A DNA stretch of 24,000 nt from positions 81,425 to 105,424 of the forward strand of contig NZ_JBBUTJ010000002.1 in NCBI RefSeq assembly GCF_039592655.1. The letters run 5' to 3'. Shown here piece by piece: positions 1 to 8,700 of the stretch; position 1 is the first letter of the stretch, and each line of letters begins with the position of its first letter. The stretch is from Kiloniella sp. GXU_MW_B19. GTDB lineage: Bacteria > Pseudomonadota > Alphaproteobacteria > Kiloniellales > Kiloniellaceae. The translations under genes were made by a program, and so were the position numbers. Below the pieces are notes generated by a model that worked only from the letters and a program-made list of their open reading frames with translations, was not told the DNA's origin and ran no database searches.

Positions 1-200
1 GGCAGTGGTCTTTACATCCTCTGGCGGGAACAGCGCACGGGAGAACAATGCAAGGGGAAATACACGCCTGACTTACAGAAACAGAACCAGTCTGACCAAA
101 GCGTGGAGCCAAACTGATGCCGGACAGCGCAGATGAAGGCTTTCGCATATTTTTTTCTTGCAGAAGAGCCGCTCTGATCCTAGCTTGACCTCATTACATT

Positions 201-291
201 TCCGTTGGGGTGCTCTGACCGGGAGCTGAGAGACAGAAGTATCTGTCAACCCACCGAACCTGATCCGGATTGTACCGGCGGAGGGAACGGA
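201..291 (+). promoter_or_regulatory. TPP (thiamine pyrophosphate) riboswitch aptamer, THI element
   Basis: The conserved THI-box core is readable directly: ggggtgc (207-213), gctgagag (225-232) and aacctgatccggattgtaccggcggagggaa (257-287). The closing helix is tccgtt (201-206) paired with aacgga (286-291). It lies directly 5' of thiD. Confidence 0.9.
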
Positions 292-373
292 AGACAGCTC
301 TCAGGCGTTCAGGGCATCACAGCCCCAAAAAAAAGCAAACGCCAGCTCCTCCCGCACTCCACCCGCAAGCCTG

Positions 374-401
374 CTCCCGGATCGCACGAGTTAACCGGGA
401 G
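374..401 (+). promoter_or_regulatory. Riboswitch expression-platform hairpin that can sequester the thiD Shine-Dalgarno
   Basis: ctcccgg (374-380) is the perfect complement of ccgggag (395-401). The 3' arm contains GGGAG 7-8 nt upstream of ATG 409 and is followed by tttt. Confidence 0.5.
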
Positions 402-408
402 TTTTCCG

Positions 409-1272
409 ATGTCGGCTGGACAGAACCATATTGTTTCTCCGTTTGACCACACCCCAGTGGCGCTGACCATTGCCGGCTCTGATTCCGGCGGCGGCGCAGG
501 TATTCAGGCCGATCTGAAAAGTTTCAGCGCGCGTGGTGTCTTCGGAACCTCGGCCATCACAGCCATCACGGCACAGAACACTCTGGCTGTTACAGCAATA
601 CAGGCAATTGACCTGCCTGTTGTCGCGGCCCAGATCAAGGCTGTCCTTGATGACATCCACCCCCACGCCATCAAGATCGGCATGCTGGCGGATTCAGGCG
701 TGATCAAAACAGTTGTGGAGGCCCTGAAAGACTATCATGGCCCTGTCGTCCTTGATCCCGTGATGATTGCCAAATCCGGGGATGCCCTGCTGCAGGATGA
801 TTCTGTGGATACGCTGAGCGAACTTCTGCTTCCGCGCGCCACCCTGCTGACACCGAACCTTCCCGAAGCCGCGCGCCTGCTGGGCACCGATCCGGCCTAT
901 GACCTGCTGGATGCCGTCGAACAGGGCAAACAGCTGCTGGACAAGGGCCCCGCAGCCATCCTGATGAAAGGCGGCCACGCCAGGGGGCCGATCTGCCGCG
1001 ATGTCCTCATCACCCGCGACGCAGAACCACTGGTTCTGGAGGTCGACCGGATCGACACCAAGAACACCCACGGCACTGGCTGCAGCCTCTCGGCATCCAT
1101 CGCTGCGGAACTGGCAAAGGGAAAACCGACACTGGAAGCGGTCAAAACGGCACACAGCTGGCTGCACGAAGCCATCGTCAGAGCGGACAGCCTGACCATC
1201 GGCACGGGCCACGGACCCGTTCATCATTTCCACGAGTTCTGGAACGATGACCGGAAAGGCGGCGCAGCGTGA
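409..1272 (+). CDS. thiD: Hydroxymethylpyrimidine/phosphomethylpyrimidine kinase ThiD
   Basis: This is ORF 205..1272. I chose the internal ATG at 409 because 201-401 is riboswitch RNA. From MSAGQNH the protein carries ThiD/ribokinase-like blocks [31 protein letters not shown] and [15 protein letters not shown]. Confidence 0.92.
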   Translation: MSAGQNHIVSPFDHTPVALTIAGSDSGGGAGIQADLKSFSARGVFGTSAITAITAQNTLAVTAIQAIDLPVVAAQIKAVLDDIHPHAIKIGMLADSGVIKTVVEALKDYHGPVVLDPVMIAKSGDALLQDDSVDTLSELLLPRATLLTPNLPEAARLLGTDPAYDLLDAVEQGKQLLDKGPAAILMKGGHARGPICRDVLITRDAEPLVLEVDRIDTKNTHGTGCSLSASIAAELAKGKPTLEAVKTAHSWLHEAIVRADSLTIGTGHGPVHHFHEFWNDDRKGGAA

Positions 1273-2273
1273 GCAAGAACGGCTTCACCATTCGCGGCGC
1301 GGGTGTCGCAGGCCTTTGTCTGGCCACCGAGCTAAAAGCTCGGGATGCCGAGGTGACCCTGCTGGATCCGCAGGGCCTTCCCGATGAACACGGCTGCTCG
1401 TGGTGGGCCGGTGGAATGCTCGCACCCGACTGCGAGGGGGAGACAGCCGAGGACTGCATTGTTCGGGCCGGACGCAAGGCAATCGGCTGGTGGGAAAAAT
1501 CAACAGGCGCTGTCCACCACAAAGGCACGCTTGTTCTTGCTCTGGATCGCGACCAAAGCGAGTTGCGCCGTTTTGCAAGACGGACAGAAAACCATCGCGC
1601 TGTTTCCGGCGATGAAATCGACAGTCTGGAACCCGATCTGGCCGGGCGCTTCTCCGGCGGGCTCTTCTTTGAGCAGGAAAGCCATCTTGACCCCCGCAAG
1701 GCCCTGCTCCACCTGAGCAACCGTCTGCAGGAACAGGGTGTGAGCATCCAGTCACCTTCCGATGTCCGTGAAAGCGGCGCTGTCATTGATTGCCGTGGTC
1801 TTCATGCCCGTGATGTCATCACAGACCTCCGCGGCGTTAAGGGCGAAATGCTGGTGATCCGCTGCCCGGATATCAGACTGAACCGCCCTGTGCGACTGCT
1901 GCATCCCCGCGTGCCGCTCTATATCGTCCCGCGCGAAGGCGAAGACGGCACCTACATGCTGGGCGCAACCATGATCGAAAGCAGCGACCGCCAGCGCATT
2001 ACGGCGCGCTCCATGCTGGAGATGCTCTCTGCTGCCTATGCCCTGCACCCCGCCTTCGGAGAGGCGGAAATCCTTGAAATCGGCGTGGATGTGCGCCCGG
2101 CCTTTGCCGACAACCGCCCACGTGTGATCCTGCGCGGACAGGATCTTTTCATCAACGGTCTCTACCGTCACGGCTATCTGATGGCGCCCGTTCTGGCAGA
2201 GCTTGCTGCCGACTGGCTGCTGAAGGGCCATGAACCTGAAGACAGCAGTTTCTTCCGAAAGGAAAAGACATGA
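1269..2273 (+). CDS. thiO: FAD-dependent glycine oxidase ThiO (thiazole branch)
   Basis: 334 aa with an N-terminal dinucleotide fold, IRGAGVAGLCLATEL. It sits between thiD and thiS. Its GTG start overlaps the thiD stop (GTGA). Confidence 0.8.
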   Translation: MSKNGFTIRGAGVAGLCLATELKARDAEVTLLDPQGLPDEHGCSWWAGGMLAPDCEGETAEDCIVRAGRKAIGWWEKSTGAVHHKGTLVLALDRDQSELRRFARRTENHRAVSGDEIDSLEPDLAGRFSGGLFFEQESHLDPRKALLHLSNRLQEQGVSIQSPSDVRESGAVIDCRGLHARDVITDLRGVKGEMLVIRCPDIRLNRPVRLLHPRVPLYIVPREGEDGTYMLGATMIESSDRQRITARSMLEMLSAAYALHPAFGEAEILEIGVDVRPAFADNRPRVILRGQDLFINGLYRHGYLMAPVLAELAADWLLKGHEPEDSSFFRKEKT

Positions 2274-2467
2274 TCATCCACCACAATGGCGAGGAAACAA
2301 CCATCGCCAACCCGCAGCTCAACGAAGCCCTCAGGGAACTGGGGTATATCGAAGGCCGCTTTGCCACAGCTGTGAACGAGAACTTCGTCCCCATTTCCGA
2401 ACGCCAGACCATCACCCTCAGGGACGGGGATCGTCTGGAAGTCGTTGCCCCCATGAGCGGAGGATAG
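2270..2467 (+). CDS. thiS: Sulfur-carrier protein ThiS
   Basis: 65 aa ending in the diagnostic C-terminal GG (VVAPMSGG). The start overlaps the thiO stop (ATGA), and thiG follows directly. Confidence 0.9.
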   Translation: MIIHHNGEETTIANPQLNEALRELGYIEGRFATAVNENFVPISERQTITLRDGDRLEVVAPMSGG

Positions 2468-2473
2468 GCCGTC

Positions 2474-3259
2474 ATGAACTTCGACAGGAAAGCCTTCTAT
2501 GGTGTGCCCCTTGAAACACCCCTTATGCTGGGCACGGCGCTTTATCCGTCACCATCAGTGCTGGCTGATGCCTTCACCCGTTCAAAAGCGTCTGTCGCCA
2601 CCGTTTCCCTGCGCCGTGAAAACGGCGTGTCCGGTGCCGGACAGGATTTCTGGCAACTGATCCAGTCACTGGGCTGCAAGGTGCTTCCCAACACTGCCGG
2701 ATGCTACAGCGTCAAGGAAGCAGTCACAACAGCCCACATGGCCCGCGAGGTGTTCGACACCAAATGGATCAAGCTGGAAGTCATCGGGCACAGCGACAGT
2801 CTGCAACCGGATGTTTTCGGGCTTGTGGAAACCGCAAAAATCCTCTGCGAAGATGGTTTCGAGGTTTTCCCCTACTGCACGGAAGACCTGATTGTTGCCG
2901 AAAAACTGCTGAAGGCCGGCTGTGAAGTCCTGATGCCCTGGGGCGCGCCCATCGGTTCCGGACTGGGCCTGAACAATCTCTATGGCCTGCGCGCCATGCG
3001 GGCAGCCTTCCCGGACATTCCCCTCGTTATTGATGCCGGGCTGGGCGTTCCCTCCCATGCAGCAACGGCGATGGAGCTGGGCTACGATGCCATCCTGCTG
3101 AACACAGCAGTCGCAAAGGCTGGTGATCCAGCCGCAATGGCAGAGGCCTTTGCCCTGGCCGTCCGGGCCGGACTGCTGGCAGCAGAAGCCGATCCGATGG
3201 AACCCCGCGATATGGCCAGCCCCTCAACTCCTGTGATCGGAAAGGCATTCCTCTCATGA
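2474..3259 (+). CDS. thiG: Thiazole synthase ThiG
   Basis: 261 aa with ThiG blocks [37 protein letters not shown] and [12 protein letters not shown]. Confidence 0.93.
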   Translation: MNFDRKAFYGVPLETPLMLGTALYPSPSVLADAFTRSKASVATVSLRRENGVSGAGQDFWQLIQSLGCKVLPNTAGCYSVKEAVTTAHMAREVFDTKWIKLEVIGHSDSLQPDVFGLVETAKILCEDGFEVFPYCTEDLIVAEKLLKAGCEVLMPWGAPIGSGLGLNNLYGLRAMRAAFPDIPLVIDAGLGVPSHAATAMELGYDAILLNTAVAKAGDPAAMAEAFALAVRAGLLAAEADPMEPRDMASPSTPVIGKAFLS

Positions 3260-3879
3260 GCACGCATCAGAACAGACCGGAATGGCTGGATCCTTTCTAT
3301 CCGATCTTTGACAGTGCAGACTGGCTGGAACGCCTGCTGCCTGTCGGCATCAAACTGGTTCAGCTCCGCATCAAGGACAAACCGACCGAGGTCCTGCGCG
3401 AGGAAATCCGCCGTGCAAAAACGCTCTGCGCGCAACACGGAACGACCCTGATCGTCAACGATTACTGGCAACTGGCAATCGAGGAAGGTTGCGACTTTAT
3501 TCATCTGGGACAGGAAGATCTGGATGATGCTGATCTGGACGCCATTCGCGCCGCGGGGCTGCGACTGGGCCTGAGCACACACGATCACGACGAACTGGAT
3601 CGCGCCCTCGACTGCAAGCCGGAATATCTGGCCCTTGGGCCGGTCTATCATACCATTCTCAAAGCCATGAAGTGGGCACCACAAGGCGTGGAGCGCATCA
3701 CGGAATGGAAGAAACGCGTTGGCGACACACCGCTGGTTGCCATCGGCGGGATGACCGTCGAACGCGCGTCAGGAGCCCTGACGGCCGGTGCAGACATCGT
3801 CTCTGCCGTGACCGACATCACCCTCAACGAGAACCCCGAAGAACGCGTGCGCCAGTGGCTGGATGTCACGCGTCCCTGA
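3256..3879 (+). CDS. thiE: Thiamine-phosphate synthase ThiE
   Basis: 207 aa with ThiE blocks [32 protein letters not shown] and VAIGGM. The start overlaps the thiG stop (ATGA). Confidence 0.9.
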   Translation: MSTHQNRPEWLDPFYPIFDSADWLERLLPVGIKLVQLRIKDKPTEVLREEIRRAKTLCAQHGTTLIVNDYWQLAIEEGCDFIHLGQEDLDDADLDAIRAAGLRLGLSTHDHDELDRALDCKPEYLALGPVYHTILKAMKWAPQGVERITEWKKRVGDTPLVAIGGMTVERASGALTAGADIVSAVTDITLNENPEERVRQWLDVTRP

Positions 3880-3931
3880 TCCTTTCAACACACAAGAACA
3901 CAACAAAAGCGATAACAAGGAAACTCTCATC

Positions 3932-4891
3932 ATGCTCTCCATGAAGAAACTCCTCCTCGGTGCAGCCTTCTCTGCACTGGCTTTCTCGGCCCAGGCGGCA
4001 GAAGACCTCAAAAAACAGACCCTGATCCTCGACTGGTTTATCAATCCGGACCACGGCCCGATCATCGTTGCCCAGGAAAAGGGCTACTTTGCCGACGAGG
4101 GACTGGAAATTGAAATCGTTCCTCCGGCTGATCCTGCCGATCCGCCAAAGCTGGTCGCTGCCGGCAAGGCTGATCTGGCTGTGTCCTACCAGCCTGATCT
4201 GCACCTGCAGGTTCAGGAAGGTCTCCCGCTCAAGTGGGTGGGAACCCTCGTTGCAACACCGCTGAACTGCCTGCTGACCCTCAAGGATGGTCCGATCCAG
4301 TCCGTGGCGGACCTCAAGGGCAAGAAAATCGGCTTCTCCGTTTCCGGTGTTGAAACGGCCGTCCTGCACGCCATTCTCTCCAACCACGGCGTTTCCGTGG
4401 ATGATGTGGAACTGGTCAATGTGAACTGGTCTCTCTCCCCGTCTGTCATGTCCGGTCAGGTGGATGCCGTTATCGGTGCCTTCCGGAACTTCGAGCTGAA
4501 CCAGATGGAAATCGACGGCGTTGAAGGCCGTTGCTTCTATGTCGAGGAAGAAGGCGTTCCAACCTATGACGAACTGATCTACATCGCAAACCCGGAAACA
4601 ATGGACAGGGACGCTGTTGCAGCCTTCCTGCGTGCCATTGAAAAGGCAACACGTTTCATCGTGAACCACCCGCAGGAAAGCTGGGAAATCTTCTCCGGCA
4701 CCTCCAAGGAACTGCAGGACGAACTGAATTCAAAGGCATGGGTTGATACCCTCCCCCGCTTTGCCCTCCGTCCGGCTGCCTTTGACAAGGGCCGCTATGA
4801 AGACTTCGAGATCTTCCTGAAAGAGTCCGGCCTGACCAAAAACATCACGCCAATCGAAAAGCTGGCTGTCGAGGTGTCCACAGATGGCTAA
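3932..4891 (+). CDS. Periplasmic ABC substrate-binding protein, NMT1/THI5-like (ThiY-type candidate for HMP or formylaminopyrimidine)
   Basis: This is ORF 3863..4891. ATG 3932 follows aagga (3917-3921) and gives the signal peptide MLSMKKLLLGAAFSALAFSAQA/AEDL. The LDWFINPDHGPIIVAQEKGYF block is typical of THI5/ThiY-like binding proteins. It is embedded in the thi operon. Confidence 0.8.
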   Translation: MLSMKKLLLGAAFSALAFSAQAAEDLKKQTLILDWFINPDHGPIIVAQEKGYFADEGLEIEIVPPADPADPPKLVAAGKADLAVSYQPDLHLQVQEGLPLKWVGTLVATPLNCLLTLKDGPIQSVADLKGKKIGFSVSGVETAVLHAILSNHGVSVDDVELVNVNWSLSPSVMSGQVDAVIGAFRNFELNQMEIDGVEGRCFYVEEEGVPTYDELIYIANPETMDRDAVAAFLRAIEKATRFIVNHPQESWEIFSGTSKELQDELNSKAWVDTLPRFALRPAAFDKGRYEDFEIFLKESGLTKNITPIEKLAVEVSTDG

Positions 4892-5567
4892 CCAACCCGA
4901 CTACGGCACGGTTTTCGGGCACTGGCGCAAGGCTTGCGGTTCGGTCTGGACAGACTACACGCACCACGCCTTCGTGGAGGGGATGCGCGACGGCACCCTT
5001 CCACGCGCAGCCTTTCTGCACTACCTGAAGCAGGATTATATCTTCCTGATCCATTTCTCCCGCGCCTGGGCTCTGGCCGCTGCCAAGTCAGAAACGCTGG
5101 AGGAAATGAAGATCGCAGCCGGAACTGTCAATGCGCTGGTCAACGAAGAGCTTCAGCTCCATATCGAAACCTGTGCACGCGAAGGCATCAGTGAAACCGA
5201 CATCATGGCAACCTCTGAAGCCACAGCCAATCTGGCCTACACACGCTATGTGCTGGAAGCCGGATACAGCGGTGATTTTCTGGACCTGATGGCAGCCCTT
5301 GCCTCCTGCGTTCTCGGCTATGGCGAGATCGGCCTGCGCCTCAAGGAAACCGGAAGCTCTGATGCCTATCAGGAGTGGATCGACACCTATTCCGGTCCGG
5401 AATATCAGGATGCCTGTCAGGCCGTCGGTGCACTTCTGGACAGCGCTGTTCTGAACAGACTCGGAAAAGACTATCTCAAGGCCCCGCGATGGACGGCCCT
5501 GAGCAGGCGTTTTGACAAGGCCACCGAACTGGAGGTCGGCTTCTGGGAAATGGGTTTGAACCCCTAG
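4884..5567 (+). CDS. tenA: Aminopyrimidine aminohydrolase / thiaminase II TenA (Cys-type)
   Basis: 227 aa with TenA blocks HAFVEGMRDGTLPRAAFLHYLKQDYIFL, LASCVLGYGEIG and YQEWIDTYSG. ATG 4884 overlaps the preceding stop (ATGGCTAA). Confidence 0.9.
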   Translation: MANQPDYGTVFGHWRKACGSVWTDYTHHAFVEGMRDGTLPRAAFLHYLKQDYIFLIHFSRAWALAAAKSETLEEMKIAAGTVNALVNEELQLHIETCAREGISETDIMATSEATANLAYTRYVLEAGYSGDFLDLMAALASCVLGYGEIGLRLKETGSSDAYQEWIDTYSGPEYQDACQAVGALLDSAVLNRLGKDYLKAPRWTALSRRFDKATELEVGFWEMGLNP

Positions 5568-5593
5568 GAAAATCCCGAAAAACAAGCTGTTTC

Positions 5594-5631
5594 AACGGGG
5601 AAGGAGCCAGGTGCTCTTTCCCCGTTTTTTC
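5594..5631 (+). terminator. Rho-independent terminator ending the thi operon
   Basis: acggggaa (5595-5602) pairs with ttccccgt (5617-5624). The stem is followed by a T-run to 5630. Confidence 0.8.
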
Positions 5632-5788
5632 ATGTCCTGCTTTCAGCATCGGGCCAAGGTCCGGAAGGCCCGCACAAAAACCGCAGGACCTTTCCGCTGG
5701 ATACCAATTCTTAAGGAGAGTGAACTAAGCTCACAGGCCGGGTTAGAGTCTCTGCATAAAAATAAAGTATCAGGTAAAGTCAATCAGC

Positions 5789-7978
5789 ATGAAATCAAAG
5801 AGCAATCTGGGAGTCATCCTCCTTCTCATCGTGATCACGCTGGTTACAGTCGTCTTTCAGAAACGGGATCTTCTGCCCGGTTTCCTGCCGGGTTTTATGG
5901 AGTCTCTGGGGCAGAACACCGCTGTTGTCTTCGCCTTTATCAATGACTTTTTTGGCAGTGATGACGGCAGTGCCGAGAGATCCCTCTTCTCTCCAACCCT
6001 GATTTTCCTGGTCGCCATTACATTGTTTTTGCTGGCAATCCTTTACATGTGGTCCAGGTTTCCCGATGCGCTCTACTCGGAAAAGTCCCTGAACCGGGAG
6101 AAAATCAATTCTCCTGCCGCACCGGACAGCCCTCCGCCCGGCAACAACAGGGAAGATCGCAAGGCAGATCCAAAACCGGGAAAAGCTCCTGCAGCAATTG
6201 CCCTGCCGGACAGCAAACCCGGCAAGGACAAAAAGCAGGACAGAGTGTCAAAACCGAAAGAAGCTCCTGAAAAGCCGCCTGCGCCCACCCTCGAAAAGGA
6301 CACGGAGAGCAAACCTGAAACACAGGAGGATCTGCTTGCCTTTGCCGCGTTGAGCGGACCGGCAGCCGGAGGCAAGCTTTCCGACATATTTGGCAGAGCC
6401 GCACAGAGTTTCCTGACCGGAGCAGAACTGAACGGAAAGGGAAAAGCGGATGATCAGAAGGGGTTTGTTCCTCCGCAGTCACCGGATCACCTGGCCAATC
6501 AGGCTGTCCTGAACTGGATTGATCTGGCCGGAAACTGGAAGAAAACAGCCAAGAAGGCCGCGCGTGCAAACCCGGACGCCTTTTTCAAACGTCTGAGCAA
6601 TCTGAGCAAGAGCAAGCTCCTGCTGTTGCCGGAACACAGGGAAAAGCTCGCCCAGTTGTGGAGCGTGTTCAAAAGCGCCTGCCCCGAATTCTGTGCCTGG
6701 CTGCATGAACAGTTCGAAAATGACCTGATGGTGGTCGCACAGGACAGTTCGGATGTGACAGAAATCCAGGAGGCGCTCGCACGCATCCAGCACTACGCCG
6801 ACAGCAGGCCCTTTGACCAGTCCATCTCCCTCAAGCGTGCCGAAGCCGCAGTCAGTGCCATGCTCCACTATGGCACTCTGGGGCAGTTCGAAGCCATGGA
6901 GGAATGGGGCAAACACATCAGTGAACTGGCCAGAAACCTGCCCGAAGACCAGCAGATCCAGCATGAGCTTGCCATGGCAACGGTCAACGCCACCAGCACC
7001 TACGGCACCATGGGCCAGTTCGAGGCGATGGAGGAATGGGGCAACGCCATCAAGGAGCTGGCTCGCAAGTGGCCCGAGGATCAGGACATCCAGCACGAAC
7101 TGGCCATCGCGGCTGTCAACGCCATGGGTCACTATGGCACCGCCAGCCAGTTCGACGGGCTGGAGGACTGGAGCCAGCAGATGGAGGAACTGGCGGAGCA
7201 ATGGCCGGAAGACCAGCCCATTCAGCTCCAGCTGGCCCGCGGGGCCGTCAATGCCATTCACGATTATGGGGAAGCCAATCAGCTGGACACACTTGAGGAA
7301 TGGTGTGCCCGCATGGAGGAACTGGCTGAAAAGTGGCCTGATGATCCCGCCATTCAGCTCAGGTTGGCCATGGCTGCGGTCAATGCCACCAGCACCTATG
7401 GCAACCTCGGTCAGTTCGAGGCCATGGAAAACTGGGGCAACCGCATGAAAGCGCTGGCAGAACAATGGCCACAGGATCGGCAAATCCAGCTCAGGCATGC
7501 CAGAACCGCAGCCAACGCCATCAACGCCTATGGCGATTCCGGCCAGTTTGACGCGCTGGAAGACTGGGGGGATCGCATCAAGACACTGGCCCGGGAATGG
7601 CCGGACGAACCACAGATGCAGCTTGAACTTGCCATGGCTGCGGTCAATGCCACCAGCACCTATGGCAACGCCGGTCAGCACAATGCCCTGGAGACGTGGG
7701 GTATTCCCGTGGTCGAACTGGCGGAGCAATGGCCGGACAACCAGAAAATCCAGCTCCAGCTGGCCAAAACGGCCCACAATGCCCTGCTCGCCTACGGGAA
7801 CAGGGACAATGATCGTGATGGCGACAAACACGCGGTCTGGCTCGAACGCCTGAGGCAGTGTGCGCTGGACAATTTCCAGAATGCAGACATCACAGCCATT
7901 GCCGAAAACAACGGGATCGAGCTTTCCGATCTCTATGCCGAACTCTTTCAAAACGCTGGCGAGACCGACAGGGACTGA
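5789..7978 (+). CDS. Membrane-anchored hypothetical protein with Pro/Lys-rich spacer and eight 44-residue helical tandem repeats (family not recognised)
   Basis: 729-aa ORF with hydrophobic segments at residues 8-23 and 66-88 and a low-complexity PKPGKAPAA...KPKEAPEKPPAP spacer at residues ~100-180. The invariant YG falls at residues 361, 405, 449, 493, 537, 581, 625 and 669. Synonymous third-position differences between repeats (tat/tac, gtcaac/gtcaat) support this frame. Confidence 0.8.
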   Translation: MKSKSNLGVILLLIVITLVTVVFQKRDLLPGFLPGFMESLGQNTAVVFAFINDFFGSDDGSAERSLFSPTLIFLVAITLFLLAILYMWSRFPDALYSEKSLNREKINSPAAPDSPPPGNNREDRKADPKPGKAPAAIALPDSKPGKDKKQDRVSKPKEAPEKPPAPTLEKDTESKPETQEDLLAFAALSGPAAGGKLSDIFGRAAQSFLTGAELNGKGKADDQKGFVPPQSPDHLANQAVLNWIDLAGNWKKTAKKAARANPDAFFKRLSNLSKSKLLLLPEHREKLAQLWSVFKSACPEFCAWLHEQFENDLMVVAQDSSDVTEIQEALARIQHYADSRPFDQSISLKRAEAAVSAMLHYGTLGQFEAMEEWGKHISELARNLPEDQQIQHELAMATVNATSTYGTMGQFEAMEEWGNAIKELARKWPEDQDIQHELAIAAVNAMGHYGTASQFDGLEDWSQQMEELAEQWPEDQPIQLQLARGAVNAIHDYGEANQLDTLEEWCARMEELAEKWPDDPAIQLRLAMAAVNATSTYGNLGQFEAMENWGNRMKALAEQWPQDRQIQLRHARTAANAINAYGDSGQFDALEDWGDRIKTLAREWPDEPQMQLELAMAAVNATSTYGNAGQHNALETWGIPVVELAEQWPDNQKIQLQLAKTAHNALLAYGNRDNDRDGDKHAVWLERLRQCALDNFQNADITAIAENNGIELSDLYAELFQNAGETDRD
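6824..7879 (+). repeat. Eight tandem 132-nt coding repeats (last one degenerate) inside the 729-aa ORF
   Basis: The tat/tac-ggc motif recurs at 6869, 7001, 7133, 7265, 7397, 7529, 7661 and 7793, exactly 132 nt apart. A 39-nt identical block occurs at 7367-7405 and 7631-7669. A 23-nt identical block occurs at 7187-7209 and 7715-7737. Confidence 0.95.
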
Positions 7979-8059
7979 CTGGCCCCAGCCTCACAGTGTC
8001 TGTGCAAGGTATCTGTGCAAAGCGCCTGCGAACCGGAAGGGAAAAGGCTGTGAACGCTC

Positions 8060-8545
8060 CTACCCCCTGTCCGTGTCCACCAGTGACAGCGGCAGGCGGG
8101 AAGAAGACTTCAGTTCCCGAAGAGACAGATTGGACGAAATATCGGAAATTCCCGGCAGCTTCCTGAGGACCTGATCCACAAAACGGCTGTAATCATCCAG
8201 ATCCCTTGCCACCACCTGCAGCAGGAAATCGGCACTCCCCGTTGTGTTGTGACAGGACAGGATATTGTCCGAGTTGCGGATCAGGCGCTCCAGTTCACCG
8301 GTGGTGTCCTGATCGTGTTTCAAACAGCTGATCTGGACAAAGGCCATAACCCCCAGTCCAAGCTTTCTGCGGTTCAAACTGGCCTGATAACCCTCGATAT
8401 AACCTTCTTCCTCCAGCCTCTTGAGCCGCCGCCAACAGGGTGTTTCGCTGAGAGAAAGTGCGCTTGCAAGTCTGGCATTGGTCTCCCGCCCGTTGTCCTG
8501 CAAGCGTGTCAGAATGCCAAGATCCACCTGATCCAGTTTTGACAT
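8060..8545 (-). CDS. Lrp/AsnC family transcriptional regulator
   Basis: 161 aa with the N-terminal HTH LDQVDLGILTRLQDNGRETNARLASALSLSETPCWRRLKRLEEEGYI and a C-terminal AsnC-type ligand domain. GAGGGG lies 9 nt upstream of ATG 8545. It is divergent from the dehydrogenase gene. Confidence 0.9.
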   Translation of the reverse strand: MSKLDQVDLGILTRLQDNGRETNARLASALSLSETPCWRRLKRLEEEGYIEGYQASLNRRKLGLGVMAFVQISCLKHDQDTTGELERLIRNSDNILSCHNTTGSADFLLQVVARDLDDYSRFVDQVLRKLPGISDISSNLSLRELKSSSRLPLSLVDTDRG

Positions 8546-8700
8546 TAGAAGAATCCCCTCATTATTTGTCTTTCAAAAGAAGACTATTGCTCAAATTCAA
8601 GAGCAGCAACCCATTCCGGCAAGGCTCTTTCCGGTAAAAAGCTGTATGATTGAAAGCAGAGCCCGTCTTTGCTGCAACAACCAAACAGGGGAACAGAAGA

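Noticed and set aside
1-135. Possible 3' end of an upstream gene at the window edge
   Set aside because: Two + strand frames are open from position 1, with stops at 115-117 and 133-135. About 40 codons and no motif are not enough to choose a frame or a product.
205-408. N-terminal 68-residue extension of the thiD ORF (start at 205)
   Set aside because: The extension is translated through the TPP riboswitch and its expression platform. The ThiD homology begins after Met69 (ATG 409), which has its own GGGAG Shine-Dalgarno.
6824-7879. Possible CRISPR-like or code-like (TALE/PPR-style hypervariable residue) nature of the repeats
   Set aside because: There is no spacer/repeat alternation and the array is entirely coding, so it is not a CRISPR array. 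Aligning the eight units shows variable positions spread over about 21 of 44 columns. They are not concentrated at one or two specificity positions, so a recognition code is not supported.
6479-7951. 490-aa antisense ORF, plus 211-aa and 118-aa alternative-frame ORFs (6813..7448, 7497..7853), across the repeat array
   Set aside because: The periodic, stop-poor composition of the 132-nt repeats keeps several frames open. Only the 729-aa frame has a membrane anchor, amphipathic helical periodicity and synonymous third-position variation between units.
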